Origin: a virus
Lineage: Duplodnaviria; Caudoviricetes
Length of the DNA stretch: 27,545 bases
IMG/VR virus record: IMGVR_UViG_3300025687_000247
Coordinates: 1-27,545 of that record
Direction: 5' to 3' (one strand)
Numbering within the stretch: the first letter of the stretch is position 1; the number at the start of each line of letters is the position of its first letter. The notes beneath the pieces are model-generated. The model was not told where the DNA came from. It did not search any database and saw nothing but the letters and a program-made list of their open reading frames with translations. The position numbers and the translations under genes are program-made. This document shows positions 1 through 7,749 of the stretch, in pieces.

Positions 1-120
1 GTTCGCTCACAGACTCAGTACAAGCAAGAGTACTTGGGTACGTTGTTCACCTCTGACATGCTGTATGGCGTAAAAGAGTTGCGTGACGAAGCCGCTGTGG
101 CTATCGCACTGCCTGCCTAA
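1..120 (+). CDS. Major capsid protein, 3' end (partial)
   Basis: Frame 1 reads VRSQTQYKQEYLGTLFTSDMLYGVKELRDEAAVAIALPA*, resembling the C-terminus of podovirus HK97-fold coat proteins; followed by a strong hairpin as usual after capsid genes. Confidence 0.8.
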   Translation, partial: VRSQTQYKQEYLGTLFTSDMLYGVKELRDEAAVAIALPA

Positions 121-128
121 GTAGGCTA

Positions 129-160
129 AAGGAGGCTCTCTTCGGAGGGCTTCCTTGTTA
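129..160 (+). terminator. cUUCGg hairpin after capsid gene (terminator or mRNA stabiliser)
   Basis: AAGGAGGCTCTC-TTCG-GAGGGCTTCCTT, 12-bp stem with 2 G-U pairs, imperfect U tail (TTCCTTGTT). Confidence 0.75.
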
Positions 161-198
161 AAGGGCTTTTACACAGAGCCTTTCAACAAGGAGAAAAC

Positions 199-366
199 AT
201 GGCTAAGTTCAGATGTAAGGCTAGTGGCGGTATTATGGAGTTCCATAATGAATATGATATTAAAAAAGTCCGTCAACAAGAAGATTATGAAGAAGTAATC
301 GAAGAAGAAGAAAAAGAAGTAGCTCCTCCTGTAAAGACGGTTAAGAAAACTAAACCTAAGGAATAA
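199..366 (+). CDS. Small hypothetical protein, 55 aa (not in ORF track)
   Basis: AAGGAG at 188-193, ATG 199, MAKFRCKASGGIMEFHNEYDIKKVRQQEDYEEVIEEEEKEVAPPVKTVKKTKPKE*; fills the gap to the next gene. Confidence 0.8.
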   Translation: MAKFRCKASGGIMEFHNEYDIKKVRQQEDYEEVIEEEEKEVAPPVKTVKKTKPKE

Positions 367-368
367 TA

Positions 369-1721
369 ATGGCTATTTACCGGGGAAACGGTGGAGCTGG
401 TGACGCTACAGGTGGTGTGACAGTTAACGAGGTGACAGCACTCACCCAACAAGCAGCCACCTCAGCCGCCTCAGCAGTTACTTCAGCTACTAACGCAAGC
501 ACAAGCGCCTCTTCAGCCGCCAGTAGTGCGTCTGCTGCCTCTACAAGCGCAACTAATGCGGCTAACAGTGCTTCAGCTGCCGCTACAAGTGCTACCAATG
601 CTGCCTCTAGCGCCTCTAGTGCGTCTACGTCAGCAGCCACTGCTACAACTAAAGCAAGCGAAGCCGCTGCTAGTGCAACAAGTGCAGCAGCCTCAGCAAC
701 TACAGCAACAACCAAGGCAAGTGAGGCTTCTACCAGCGCAACTAACGCTGCCGCTTCAGCCTCAGCAGCCGCCACTAGCGCATCCTCAGCTTCTACCAGT
801 GCAAGTAATGCCTCTGCCTCAGCTTCAGCCGCTGCAACCAGTGCGAGTAATGCAGCGACCTCTGAGACTAACGCAGCCGCCTCAGCTTCTACAGCTTCTA
901 CAGCCGCCACTAATGCGGCTACAAGTGCTTCTAACGCCTCTACTTCAGCTACCAACGCTGCCAACAGTGCTACTGCTGCTGCCACAAGTGCAACTAACGC
1001 AGCTAACAGTGCTACTGCTTCAGCCTCTAGTGCAACAGCCGCTCAAACCGCTCAGACAGCCGCAGAAGCCGCTGAAACCAATGCCGGTACCTCTGCCTCA
1101 GCCGCAGCTTCTAGCGCCTCTAGCGCCTCTTCTAGCGCGTCTACGGCTACCACACAGGCTACCAATGCAGCCTCTAGTGCTTCATCCGCAGCAACCTCAG
1201 CAAGCAATGCCGCCTCTAGTGCTTCATCAGCTTCTACTTCAGCAAGCAATGCAGCAACAAGTGCTACGAACGCAGCTAATAGTGCTACTGAAGCTGCTAC
1301 TTATGTTGCTAACCAAACGGGTAACAGTGGTAAATACTTGTCTACCGATGGAACTAATGTTTCTTGGCAGACCGTAGATGCACTTCCAAACCAAACTGGT
1401 AACAGTGGTAAGTATTTAACGACTGACGGAACTAATGCTTCTTGGGCGGTGGTTAATGTAAACCCAGCCTTAAATGACCTTAGCGATGTAACAATTACAA
1501 GCCCTACTACTGGTGAGGGTATTGTTTATAACGGTTCTGGTTGGGTTAATGGTGCTGTTGGTGGAAACACCACTACCAAGGGTTTGTATGAGATGGCTAA
1601 CACTATCAGTGCAAATTACACTATTAGCTCTGGCAACAACGCAATGAGTGCTGGACCAATTACGATCAACTCAGGCGTATCAGTCACCATTCCTAGCGGT
1701 AGTCGCTGGGCTATTGTCTAA
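369..1721 (+). CDS. Long fibre protein: Ala/Ser/Thr coiled-coil shaft plus C-terminal beta-rich module
   Basis: AAGGA RBS; ~280 aa of ATNAASS/AASASAA heptad-like repeats as in the lambda Stf shaft; two NQTGNSGKYLxTDGTNxSW repeats; LNDLSDV fibre repeat. Confidence 0.85.
   Translation: MAIYRGNGGAGDATGGVTVNEVTALTQQAATSAASAVTSATNASTSASSAASSASAASTSATNAANSASAAATSATNAASSASSASTSAATATTKASEAAASATSAAASATTATTKASEASTSATNAAASASAAATSASSASTSASNASASASAAATSASNAATSETNAAASASTASTAATNAATSASNASTSATNAANSATAAATSATNAANSATASASSATAAQTAQTAAEAAETNAGTSASAAASSASSASSSASTATTQATNAASSASSAATSASNAASSASSASTSASNAATSATNAANSATEAATYVANQTGNSGKYLSTDGTNVSWQTVDALPNQTGNSGKYLTTDGTNASWAVVNVNPALNDLSDVTITSPTTGEGIVYNGSGWVNGAVGGNTTTKGLYEMANTISANYTISSGNNAMSAGPITINSGVSVTIPSGSRWAIV
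450..1295 (+). repeat. Degenerate 21-nt (7-codon) coding repeat
   Basis: Recurrent gcctcagc, actaacgc, tctagtgc units encoding Ala/Ser/Thr/Asn heptads. Confidence 0.8.
1311..1445 (+). repeat. Tandem duplication, 78-nt period
   Basis: aaccaaacgggtaacagtggtaaatac...ggaactaatgtttcttgg and aaccaaactggtaacagtggtaagtat...ggaactaatgcttcttgg. Confidence 0.85.
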
Positions 1722-1730
1722 GAGGTATAT

Positions 1731-1949
1731 ATGGCTATTGTATTAAACGGTGATGGGTATATCACAGGAGCCGCTGGTGTAGGCAAGGGTGGCTCTGGTA
1801 CTAACGTTGCTTTCTACGAGACTGACAACACGATTACGGCTGACTACACAATCGGCACGAACAAGAACGCCATGAGCGTGGGTGACATTACGGTTGCCAC
1901 GGGTGTCACAGTTACTGTTCCAACTGGTTCTTTCTGGGTGGTTGTATGA
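1731..1949 (+). CDS. Small fibre adaptor-like protein, paralog of the C-terminal domain of 369-1721
   Basis: GAGGT RBS; last 46 aa align without gaps to the last 46 aa of the upstream fibre, 25 identities by hand. Confidence 0.85.
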   Translation: MAIVLNGDGYITGAAGVGKGGSGTNVAFYETDNTITADYTIGTNKNAMSVGDITVATGVTVTVPTGSFWVVV

Positions 1950-2311
1950 GCGGAAATATTAACTTTAACGGCTGGATTAACGATGACGGCTCAGAGAACT
2001 ACAAGTGTAGGGCTTGGGTGAACTTTAACGGTACTGGCACTGTGGCTATTCGTGCGAGTGGGAATGTGAGTAGTATTACGGATAACGGCACTGGTAATTA
2101 CACGATGAACTTCTCGACTGCCTTACTAGATGCAAATTATTCTGTTGGAACAGAAACAGTGAATACGTCTGCTGGGAACAATGCTTTTGTGCGAGAAAGT
2201 GCAAGTTCACGGGCGACACGCACAACCTCCGCTTATCAAATATCAATTGTTCAAACCGCAAATTATGGGCTAACAGATTGTGAGTACGTTTGCGTCTCCA
2301 TCTTTCGCTAG
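1946..2311 (+). CDS. Fibre tip / receptor-binding-like protein, paralog 1
   Basis: ATGA overlap with upstream stop; AWVNFNGTGTVAIR...NVSSITDNGTGNYTMNF domain typical of phage fibre C-termini. Confidence 0.75.
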   Translation: MSGNINFNGWINDDGSENYKCRAWVNFNGTGTVAIRASGNVSSITDNGTGNYTMNFSTALLDANYSVGTETVNTSAGNNAFVRESASSRATRTTSAYQISIVQTANYGLTDCEYVCVSIFR

Positions 2312-2319
2312 GAGCTAAT

Positions 2320-2670
2320 ATGTCAACAATTAAAACAGAAACACTAAGCACCCCTAGCAACGCAACCGTCCCAGTAGACACAGTGGTTAACGGTACAGCA
2401 AAGGCGTGGGTTAACTTTAACGGGACAGGTACGGTGGCTATTCGTAGGGCTTTTAATGTAGCGAGTATTACTGATAATGGAGTTGGGATATACGGAGTAA
2501 ACTTTACAAATGCAATGCCAGACACAAATTATGCAACTAGTTTAAATATTGGCAATAACATCAATCAAACGTGGTGTGACACGTTCAACACGACTTATGT
2601 ATTTGCACGAGTTTATACAGGTAGTGCGTATACTGATGATGCTATTGTGCAGGTTGCTGTCTTCAGCTAA
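2320..2670 (+). CDS. Fibre tip / receptor-binding-like protein, paralog 2
   Basis: AGGAG then ATG 2320 (MSTIKTETLS); same AWVNFNGTGTVAIR domain. Confidence 0.75.
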   Translation: MSTIKTETLSTPSNATVPVDTVVNGTAKAWVNFNGTGTVAIRRAFNVASITDNGVGIYGVNFTNAMPDTNYATSLNIGNNINQTWCDTFNTTYVFARVYTGSAYTDDAIVQVAVFS

Positions 2671-2679
2671 AGGAATACC

Positions 2680-3051
2680 ATGAGTACAACAATAAGCGGA
2701 ACAAATGGTGTTACCTTTCCAGATAGCACCTCAATGCAAACAGGTCAACAGGCTTGTAAGGCGTGGGTTAACTTTAATGGCACAGGGACTGTGGCGATTA
2801 GGGGGTCATACAATGTGAGTTCAATTACCGATAGAGGTACAGGACTATACACCATGAATTTTACGAACGCAATGGCTAATACAAATTATTCAGTTATTGG
2901 ACAAGCGTGGTATGCGGGAGTTCAGGGTGCTTTGTTTGGTATTGAAGGAACGCCTACTTCTACAACATCCAAAGAAATAACTGTGCTTAATACAGCGGCA
3001 TCAGCCGTAATTGATGTGACATATGTTTCAGTCACCGTCTTCAGTAACTAA
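2680..3051 (+). CDS. Fibre tip / receptor-binding-like protein, paralog 3
   Basis: AAGGA RBS; same AWVNFNGTGTVAIR domain. Confidence 0.75.
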   Translation: MSTTISGTNGVTFPDSTSMQTGQQACKAWVNFNGTGTVAIRGSYNVSSITDRGTGLYTMNFTNAMANTNYSVIGQAWYAGVQGALFGIEGTPTSTTSKEITVLNTAASAVIDVTYVSVTVFSN

Positions 3052-3070
3052 TTTTTAAAAGGAGTCTAAC

Positions 3071-3256
3071 ATGGACAACAAACGAGTAATTTATCCAACA
3101 GACGAAGGCGGCTGCGCTGTCATCGTTCCTGCACCCGGCGCTACACAAGAGCAGGTGCTGAAGGCTGTACCAGCAGGTAAGCCCTACAAGATTGTCGATG
3201 TGGCTGATGTGCCCAGCGACCGTACATTCCGCAACGCTTGGGAGTATTCAGAATGA
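3071..3256 (+). CDS. Putative fibre assembly/chaperone-like protein (N-terminal part)
   Basis: AAGGAG RBS; PYKIVDVADVPSDRTFRNAW motif recalled from proteins following phage fibre genes. Confidence 0.65.
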   Translation: MDNKRVIYPTDEGGCAVIVPAPGATQEQVLKAVPAGKPYKIVDVADVPSDRTFRNAWEYSE

Positions 3257-3480
3257 TTACAATTAACGTAGATAAAGCAAAAGGCATTGCCCACGAAGTT
3301 CGCCGTGCCAAACGTGCAGAAGAGTTTGCACCACTGGACGTAAAAGCCACCATCCCATCTGAAGCTGTTGCGGCTGAAGAAGCACGTGCGGCTATTCGTG
3401 CCAAGTATGCTGGTGTACAAACGTCTATTGATGCCGCCGCTGATGTGGGCGCATTGAAGGCTATTGTCGAGGGGTTGTAA
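3253..3480 (+). CDS. Putative fibre assembly/chaperone-like protein (helical C-terminal part)
   Basis: GGAG RBS, ATGA overlap; MITINVDKAKGIAHEVRRAKRAEEFAPLDV, Tfa-like helical pattern. Confidence 0.65.
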   Translation: MITINVDKAKGIAHEVRRAKRAEEFAPLDVKATIPSEAVAAEEARAAIRAKYAGVQTSIDAAADVGALKAIVEGL

Positions 3481-4091
3481 TGTCCAAGGTAACCATCCAA
3501 GGGGATGCCAGTGGGACAGGTATCTTTACAATAGCATCCCCAAATAGCAATACAAATAGAACGCTAACCCTGCCTGATGAAGCGGGGACGGTGTTAACCA
3601 CGGCAGGTGTACCCGCGTCAGCGATGCCAGCGGGTAGTGTGTTGCAAGTAGCAAGCACTGTATTCCAAGGAGTAGGGAGTACTACAGCCAACGGGTCTGC
3701 AAGTACTATTACCAATGGACTGCAAATATTTAGCCTCAGTTTTACACCTCTTTTGGCAAGTAGCAATATTTTGGTTCAAACAAGTTCAGTAGCTATTAGC
3801 GAATCCACAAACGGTGCAGATTGGGCGTGGCTAGCGTTGTGGAACGGAAGTACGTTTGTTGCAGCAAATTCAGGTACTTGGCTTTATACGAATTTTGGTG
3901 GCAATCTAAACGCAGCTTACACATCCATAAATGAGGTTTTTGCTGCTGAAAGTACAGCCACAAGAACTATACAAGTTCGTGCGGCGATGAATGGCGGTAG
4001 CCAAACTACTTACATTAACGGCAATGCGAGTAATAATTACACCGGAACAAGTGCTCAAATTAGAATGACTGTTATGGAGATTGCAACATGA
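3480..4091 (+). CDS. Receptor-binding-like fibre protein
   Basis: TAATG coupling; NRTLTLPDEAGT fibre motif, GSVLQV start of a beta-sandwich, ends MTVMEIA. Confidence 0.7.
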   Translation: MSKVTIQGDASGTGIFTIASPNSNTNRTLTLPDEAGTVLTTAGVPASAMPAGSVLQVASTVFQGVGSTTANGSASTITNGLQIFSLSFTPLLASSNILVQTSSVAISESTNGADWAWLALWNGSTFVAANSGTWLYTNFGGNLNAAYTSINEVFAAESTATRTIQVRAAMNGGSQTTYINGNASNNYTGTSAQIRMTVMEIAT

Positions 4092-4348
4092 ACCACAAAG
4101 CAATATATGCGTTACACCCAAGTGTCGTAAGTATTAACGACACCACTGGTGCATTTGACGCAGATGGTAACAAAGTCGCCATTGACATGGACGCTGTTAA
4201 CGCTTGGGTTGATCCTAACGCATACAAAGACCAACGTGCCCAAGCCTACCCATCCATTGCTGACCAGCTAGACACCATCTACCACGAAGGCATTGACGCT
4301 TGGAAGGCAACGATTGCCGCAGTGAAACAGGAGTATCCAAAACCATGA
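4088..4348 (+). CDS. Putative fibre chaperone
   Basis: ATGA overlap; YKDQRAQAYPSIADQLD...AVKQEYPKP motif. Confidence 0.7.
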   Translation: MNHKAIYALHPSVVSINDTTGAFDADGNKVAIDMDAVNAWVDPNAYKDQRAQAYPSIADQLDTIYHEGIDAWKATIAAVKQEYPKP

Positions 4349-5394
4349 GCACATTAGCAACAAACGCCATCACCGATGCTAGTGGTGGCAACACAGCAAG
4401 CATCAACGGGTACACCCCCACGATGTCTAACATGGCTGGCAGGAATCGCATCATCAACGGAGATATGCGGATTGACCAGAGGAACGCTGGGGCGAGTGTT
4501 ACTCCTACATATAACAGCTATGGGCTTGACCGATGGAGCTTTCCTGTTAGTCAAAACAGCAAATTAACAGCGCAACAAAGCTCAACTGTTCCTTCGGGTT
4601 TTACAAACTCAATGGTAATTACATCGTCATCTGCTTATTCTGTTGGTGCGTCAGACTATTTTTCTTTGCAACAAAAAATTGAAGGTTATAACGTAGCTGA
4701 TCTTGGTTTTGGTACAGCTAGCGCCAAAACAATTACTTTGTCTTTCTGGGTGCAATGTAGTCTTACCGGAACTTTTGGTGGTGTTATCGGCAACAATAAC
4801 GGTACGCGCAATTATCCATTCACCTATACAATTTCATCCGCTAATACATGGACATATATTTCCGTTACGATTCCCGGTGATACAGGTGGTACTTGGCTTA
4901 CTACTAACGGTGTTGGTTTAACTGTTTTCTTTGGTCTTGGTGCTGGTTCTAGTTGGAGTGGCACGGCTGGGGCTTGGACAGCAACACAAGCATTTTCAGC
5001 CACAGGCGCAACCTCAGTAGTCGGCACAAGCGGAGCCACGTTCTACATCACAGGCGTACAGCTTGAGGCAGGCAGTGTAGCCACGCCTTTTGAGCATCGG
5101 ATGTATGGAACTGAGCTTCAACTTTGCCAACGTTATTTTCAAATTGCAAATACGTGTTGTACAGATTATGGTCCTGCGGGGTATAGCACTGAGCAACGAA
5201 CACCTTTTGTCACTGAAATGCGGGCATCCCCAACTGCCGCTCAAGGGAGTACGGGGTCAACTTCACACTACAACTCGTCTTCAAACTCACTTACCGTTGA
5301 AGATTTAAGACACGCACGTGCAAATGCTGCGTGTGCATCAACGGGAAGTTATTCTTCTCGCTTTTTAAATTGGCAGTTTTCGGCGGAGTTATAA
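4345..5394 (+). CDS. Receptor-binding protein with carbohydrate-binding-like beta-sandwich
   Basis: AGGAG RBS, ATGA overlap at 4345 ([10 protein letters not shown]); [14 protein letters not shown]...TLSFWV...[15 protein letters not shown]...LCQRY signature. Confidence 0.75.
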   Translation: MSTLATNAITDASGGNTASINGYTPTMSNMAGRNRIINGDMRIDQRNAGASVTPTYNSYGLDRWSFPVSQNSKLTAQQSSTVPSGFTNSMVITSSSAYSVGASDYFSLQQKIEGYNVADLGFGTASAKTITLSFWVQCSLTGTFGGVIGNNNGTRNYPFTYTISSANTWTYISVTIPGDTGGTWLTTNGVGLTVFFGLGAGSSWSGTAGAWTATQAFSATGATSVVGTSGATFYITGVQLEAGSVATPFEHRMYGTELQLCQRYFQIANTCCTDYGPAGYSTEQRTPFVTEMRASPTAAQGSTGSTSHYNSSSNSLTVEDLRHARANAACASTGSYSSRFLNWQFSAEL

Positions 5395-5395
5395 A

Positions 5396-5569
5396 ATGTT
5401 TAAAAAATTTCCAAACGATATTGAAGGCAAAGAGATTCGCGGTGTTTGCCGCCTGTCCGACAACGCCTTCATCCCCTTTGACCCCGCCAACACAGACTAC
5501 CAAGAGTACCTGAAGTGGCTGGCAGAGGGTAATACACCAGAGCCTGCGGATACGCCGCCCACGGAGTAA
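5396..5569 (+). CDS. Putative fibre chaperone, 57 aa (not in ORF track)
   Basis: GGAG RBS; [57 protein letters not shown]. Confidence 0.75.
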   Translation: MFKKFPNDIEGKEIRGVCRLSDNAFIPFDPANTDYQEYLKWLAEGNTPEPADTPPTE

Positions 5570-5572
5570 CCA

Positions 5573-5776
5573 ATGGAAAACTTAAACCCAGTAGAGTATG
5601 GGAAACTATTGGCTAAGGTGGAGGGGTTAGAAGCTAAGGTGAACAGTATGGATGCTGACATCAAAACACTTCTAGCTCTAGCCAACCAAAGCAAAGGTGG
5701 TTTCTGGATGGGGATGACCATAGCATCTATTGCTGGGGGATTTCTTACATGGCTCTCACAACATTGGATGAAATAA
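5573..5776 (+). CDS. Membrane protein, coiled coil plus C-terminal TM (holin/XhlA-like architecture)
   Basis: GGAG RBS; heptad LLAKVEGLEAKVNSM then hydrophobic GFWMGMTIASIAGGFLTWL. Confidence 0.65.
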   Translation: MENLNPVEYGKLLAKVEGLEAKVNSMDADIKTLLALANQSKGGFWMGMTIASIAGGFLTWLSQHWMK

Positions 5777-6253
5777 ATGGACCCCATTAGTCTCTTCATG
5801 GCAGCTACGGCAGCTTTTAACACCGTTAAGAAGCTCGTAGAAGCTGGCAGAGAAGTAGAAGATGTCTTAGGGCAAATCGGTACTTGGATGGGCAAGGTCA
5901 GTGAGCTACAGGCTGCTGACAATAAGAAACCAAGTATCTTTAAGCGTATCGGTGGTGGTAAATCCGTGGAACAAGAAGCCATGGAGCAACTCCAGCGCCG
6001 TGAGGCCGTACGTAAGCAACACCTTGAACTTATGTCTATGGTGAAGCTTGCCTACGGTCCTCAGGCTTTTGACGACCTTATGCACATGCAGCGTCAGATT
6101 AAACTGAAGCGTGAGCGTGAGCTTATCCATCAGCAACAGCGTAGGCGTGACATGATGTGGTATGCCTTAGCCGCTGTTGTTATTGCTGTTGCTGGCTGGG
6201 CAATGTGGGGAATGATTGCCACAGCAATTGAGTGGAAACAGAACGGAATCTAA
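5777..6253 (+). CDS. Helical membrane protein with C-terminal TM
   Basis: Amphipathic N-terminus, charged helical core, RRR then WYALAAVVIAVAGWAMWGMIA. Confidence 0.7.
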   Translation: MDPISLFMAATAAFNTVKKLVEAGREVEDVLGQIGTWMGKVSELQAADNKKPSIFKRIGGGKSVEQEAMEQLQRREAVRKQHLELMSMVKLAYGPQAFDDLMHMQRQIKLKRERELIHQQQRRRDMMWYALAAVVIAVAGWAMWGMIATAIEWKQNGI

Positions 6254-6447
6254 TGGTTAAACTTTTGTACATCTTTGCAGGCCTTGTGACAGTCAGTGCA
6301 GTATTCCTTATTGCTGGCTGTGAAGATCGTTATCGGTATGCTTGCCAAGACCCAGCAAACCATAAGAATCCTGAGTGCCAACATCCTGCCTGTGAGGCTA
6401 GTGGTACTTGTACTGATTACTTAATAACACCATCGGAGATGAAATGA
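6253..6447 (+). CDS. Small Cys-rich lipoprotein
   Basis: TAATG start at 6253; hydrophobic signal ending in lipobox IAG-C; four more Cys in the mature part. Confidence 0.75.
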   Translation: MVKLLYIFAGLVTVSAVFLIAGCEDRYRYACQDPANHKNPECQHPACEASGTCTDYLITPSEMK

Positions 6448-6680
6448 AAGATGCTTCTTTAGACGATATACTAAGGTTTATCGTAGGTGTTGTAATGGCA
6501 ATTACTCTAGTGGGTATTGTAGGTGTAGTACTTTATAGTCTAGTCTTTGTGACACAGCCTATAGACGTTCAGGCACCTAACGATGCAGAATTCTTTAAAC
6601 TTGTGAACCCCATAGCTACATTTATTGTAGGTGCCCTTAGCGGTATTATGGTAGGCACAAAGAGCACCAAGGGGGACTAA
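6444..6680 (+). CDS. Two-TM membrane protein
   Basis: GGAG RBS, ATGA overlap; two hydrophobic segments around loop QPIDVQAPND. Confidence 0.75.
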   Translation: MKDASLDDILRFIVGVVMAITLVGIVGVVLYSLVFVTQPIDVQAPNDAEFFKLVNPIATFIVGALSGIMVGTKSTKGD

Positions 6681-7087
6681 TGTTACCATTAGCAGGACTA
6701 TTAGACATTGGCAGTAAGCTGGTTGATAAGCTTATTCCAGACCCTGAGGCTAAGGCTAAAGCTCAGGCAGAGCTGATTAAGATGCAGCAGGATGGTGAGC
6801 TGGCTAAAATGGCTAACGACACCGACCTATACAAAACAGAGCAAAACAACCTCACAGAGCGTCTTAAGGCTGACATGGGTAGTGACTCATGGTTGTCCAA
6901 GAATATACGCCCTATGACCCTTGTAGCGATTCTGGTGGGGTATTTTACCTTCGCCATGATGTCTGCTTTCGGTAAGGATGCAAACCAAGCCTACGTAGAA
7001 CTCTTAGGTCAGTGGGGTATGCTCATTATGAGCTTCTACTTCGGTGGACGTACCCTTGAGAAGATCATAGATATGAAGAAAAAATAG
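6680..7087 (+). CDS. Holin (GTA holin 3TM-like)
   Basis: LVDKLIPDPEAKAKA, DSWLSKNIRP, FYFGGRTLEK motifs; close to endolysin. Confidence 0.75.
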   Translation: MLPLAGLLDIGSKLVDKLIPDPEAKAKAQAELIKMQQDGELAKMANDTDLYKTEQNNLTERLKADMGSDSWLSKNIRPMTLVAILVGYFTFAMMSAFGKDANQAYVELLGQWGMLIMSFYFGGRTLEKIIDMKKK

Positions 7088-7089
7088 CC

Positions 7090-7287
7090 ATGTTCTGGAT
7101 ACCCGTTGCCTTTGTCTGTCTCGTAAATGATACATGTTCTTTTTACCATGGCGGTATCTCCATATCCATAGAGCAGTGTCATGCGGAGAACAAGAAAGCT
7201 GTTGTAGTTATGCAACGGGATGCTGATGTAAAAGCCTTCAGGACTGACTGTCTTGAGATTAAACCAAAGGGGACTGATTCTGTATGA
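7090..7287 (+). CDS. Small Cys-containing hypothetical protein
   Basis: Hydrophobic N-terminus, four Cys; packed between holin and endolysin. Confidence 0.65.
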   Translation: MFWIPVAFVCLVNDTCSFYHGGISISIEQCHAENKKAVVVMQRDADVKAFRTDCLEIKPKGTDSV

Positions 7288-7748
7288 AACTGACTGATAA
7301 CTTTTCACTGGCTGAGATGACCAAGAGCGATACAGCCCTTAGGTTAGACATGGATAACACCCCGGGTCCTGAGGAAATCGACAACATGACTCGACTTTGT
7401 GAGGTTGTTCTCCAGCCCGTTAGGAACCACTTTGGTAAGGGTGTAAAGGTTAATTCTGGTTTCCGTCACCCTAATGTCAATGCCAAGGTGGGCGGTAGTA
7501 AGACTTCGGACCACTGTAAGGGCATGGCAGCTGACATTGAGATTCCCGGGGTTGCTAATGCAGACCTAGCTAAGTGGATTGTGGATAACTTGGAGTTTAG
7601 ACAGGTAATACTTGAGTTCTATACTCCTGGAATTCCAGACTCAGGATGGGTACATGTTAGTTATAATCCCAGTGATAATAAGAAACAAGTACTCACAGCA
7701 ACCAAAAAGGAAGGAAAGACTGTTTATCTTAACGGTCTGATTGCATAA
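7284..7748 (+). CDS. Endolysin, peptidase M15 family
   Basis: NFSLAEMTKS, NSGFR, SDHCKGMAADI (H-x6-D) and WVHVS zinc ligands. Confidence 0.9.
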   Translation: MKLTDNFSLAEMTKSDTALRLDMDNTPGPEEIDNMTRLCEVVLQPVRNHFGKGVKVNSGFRHPNVNAKVGGSKTSDHCKGMAADIEIPGVANADLAKWIVDNLEFRQVILEFYTPGIPDSGWVHVSYNPSDNKKQVLTATKKEGKTVYLNGLIA

Positions 7749-7749
7749 G

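Noticed and set aside
450-1295. CRISPR array or non-coding repeat
   Set aside because: Repeats are degenerate, codon-phased and lack unique spacers
377-1377. Long alternative-frame ORFs (377-985 -, 526-1377 +, 1052-1249 -)
   Set aside because: Shadows of the GCN/TCN/ACN-rich repeat, which lacks stops in other frames; no clear RBS
1946-3051. Diversity-generating retroelement or invertible shufflon
   Set aside because: Differences are not adenine-specific, all copies are intact and co-oriented, and no RT or invertase is in the window
5497-5982. Antisense ORFs here and at 2076-2525, 15870-16316, 21905-22294, 24456-24932
   Set aside because: Opposite to well-supported genes in strictly co-oriented arms
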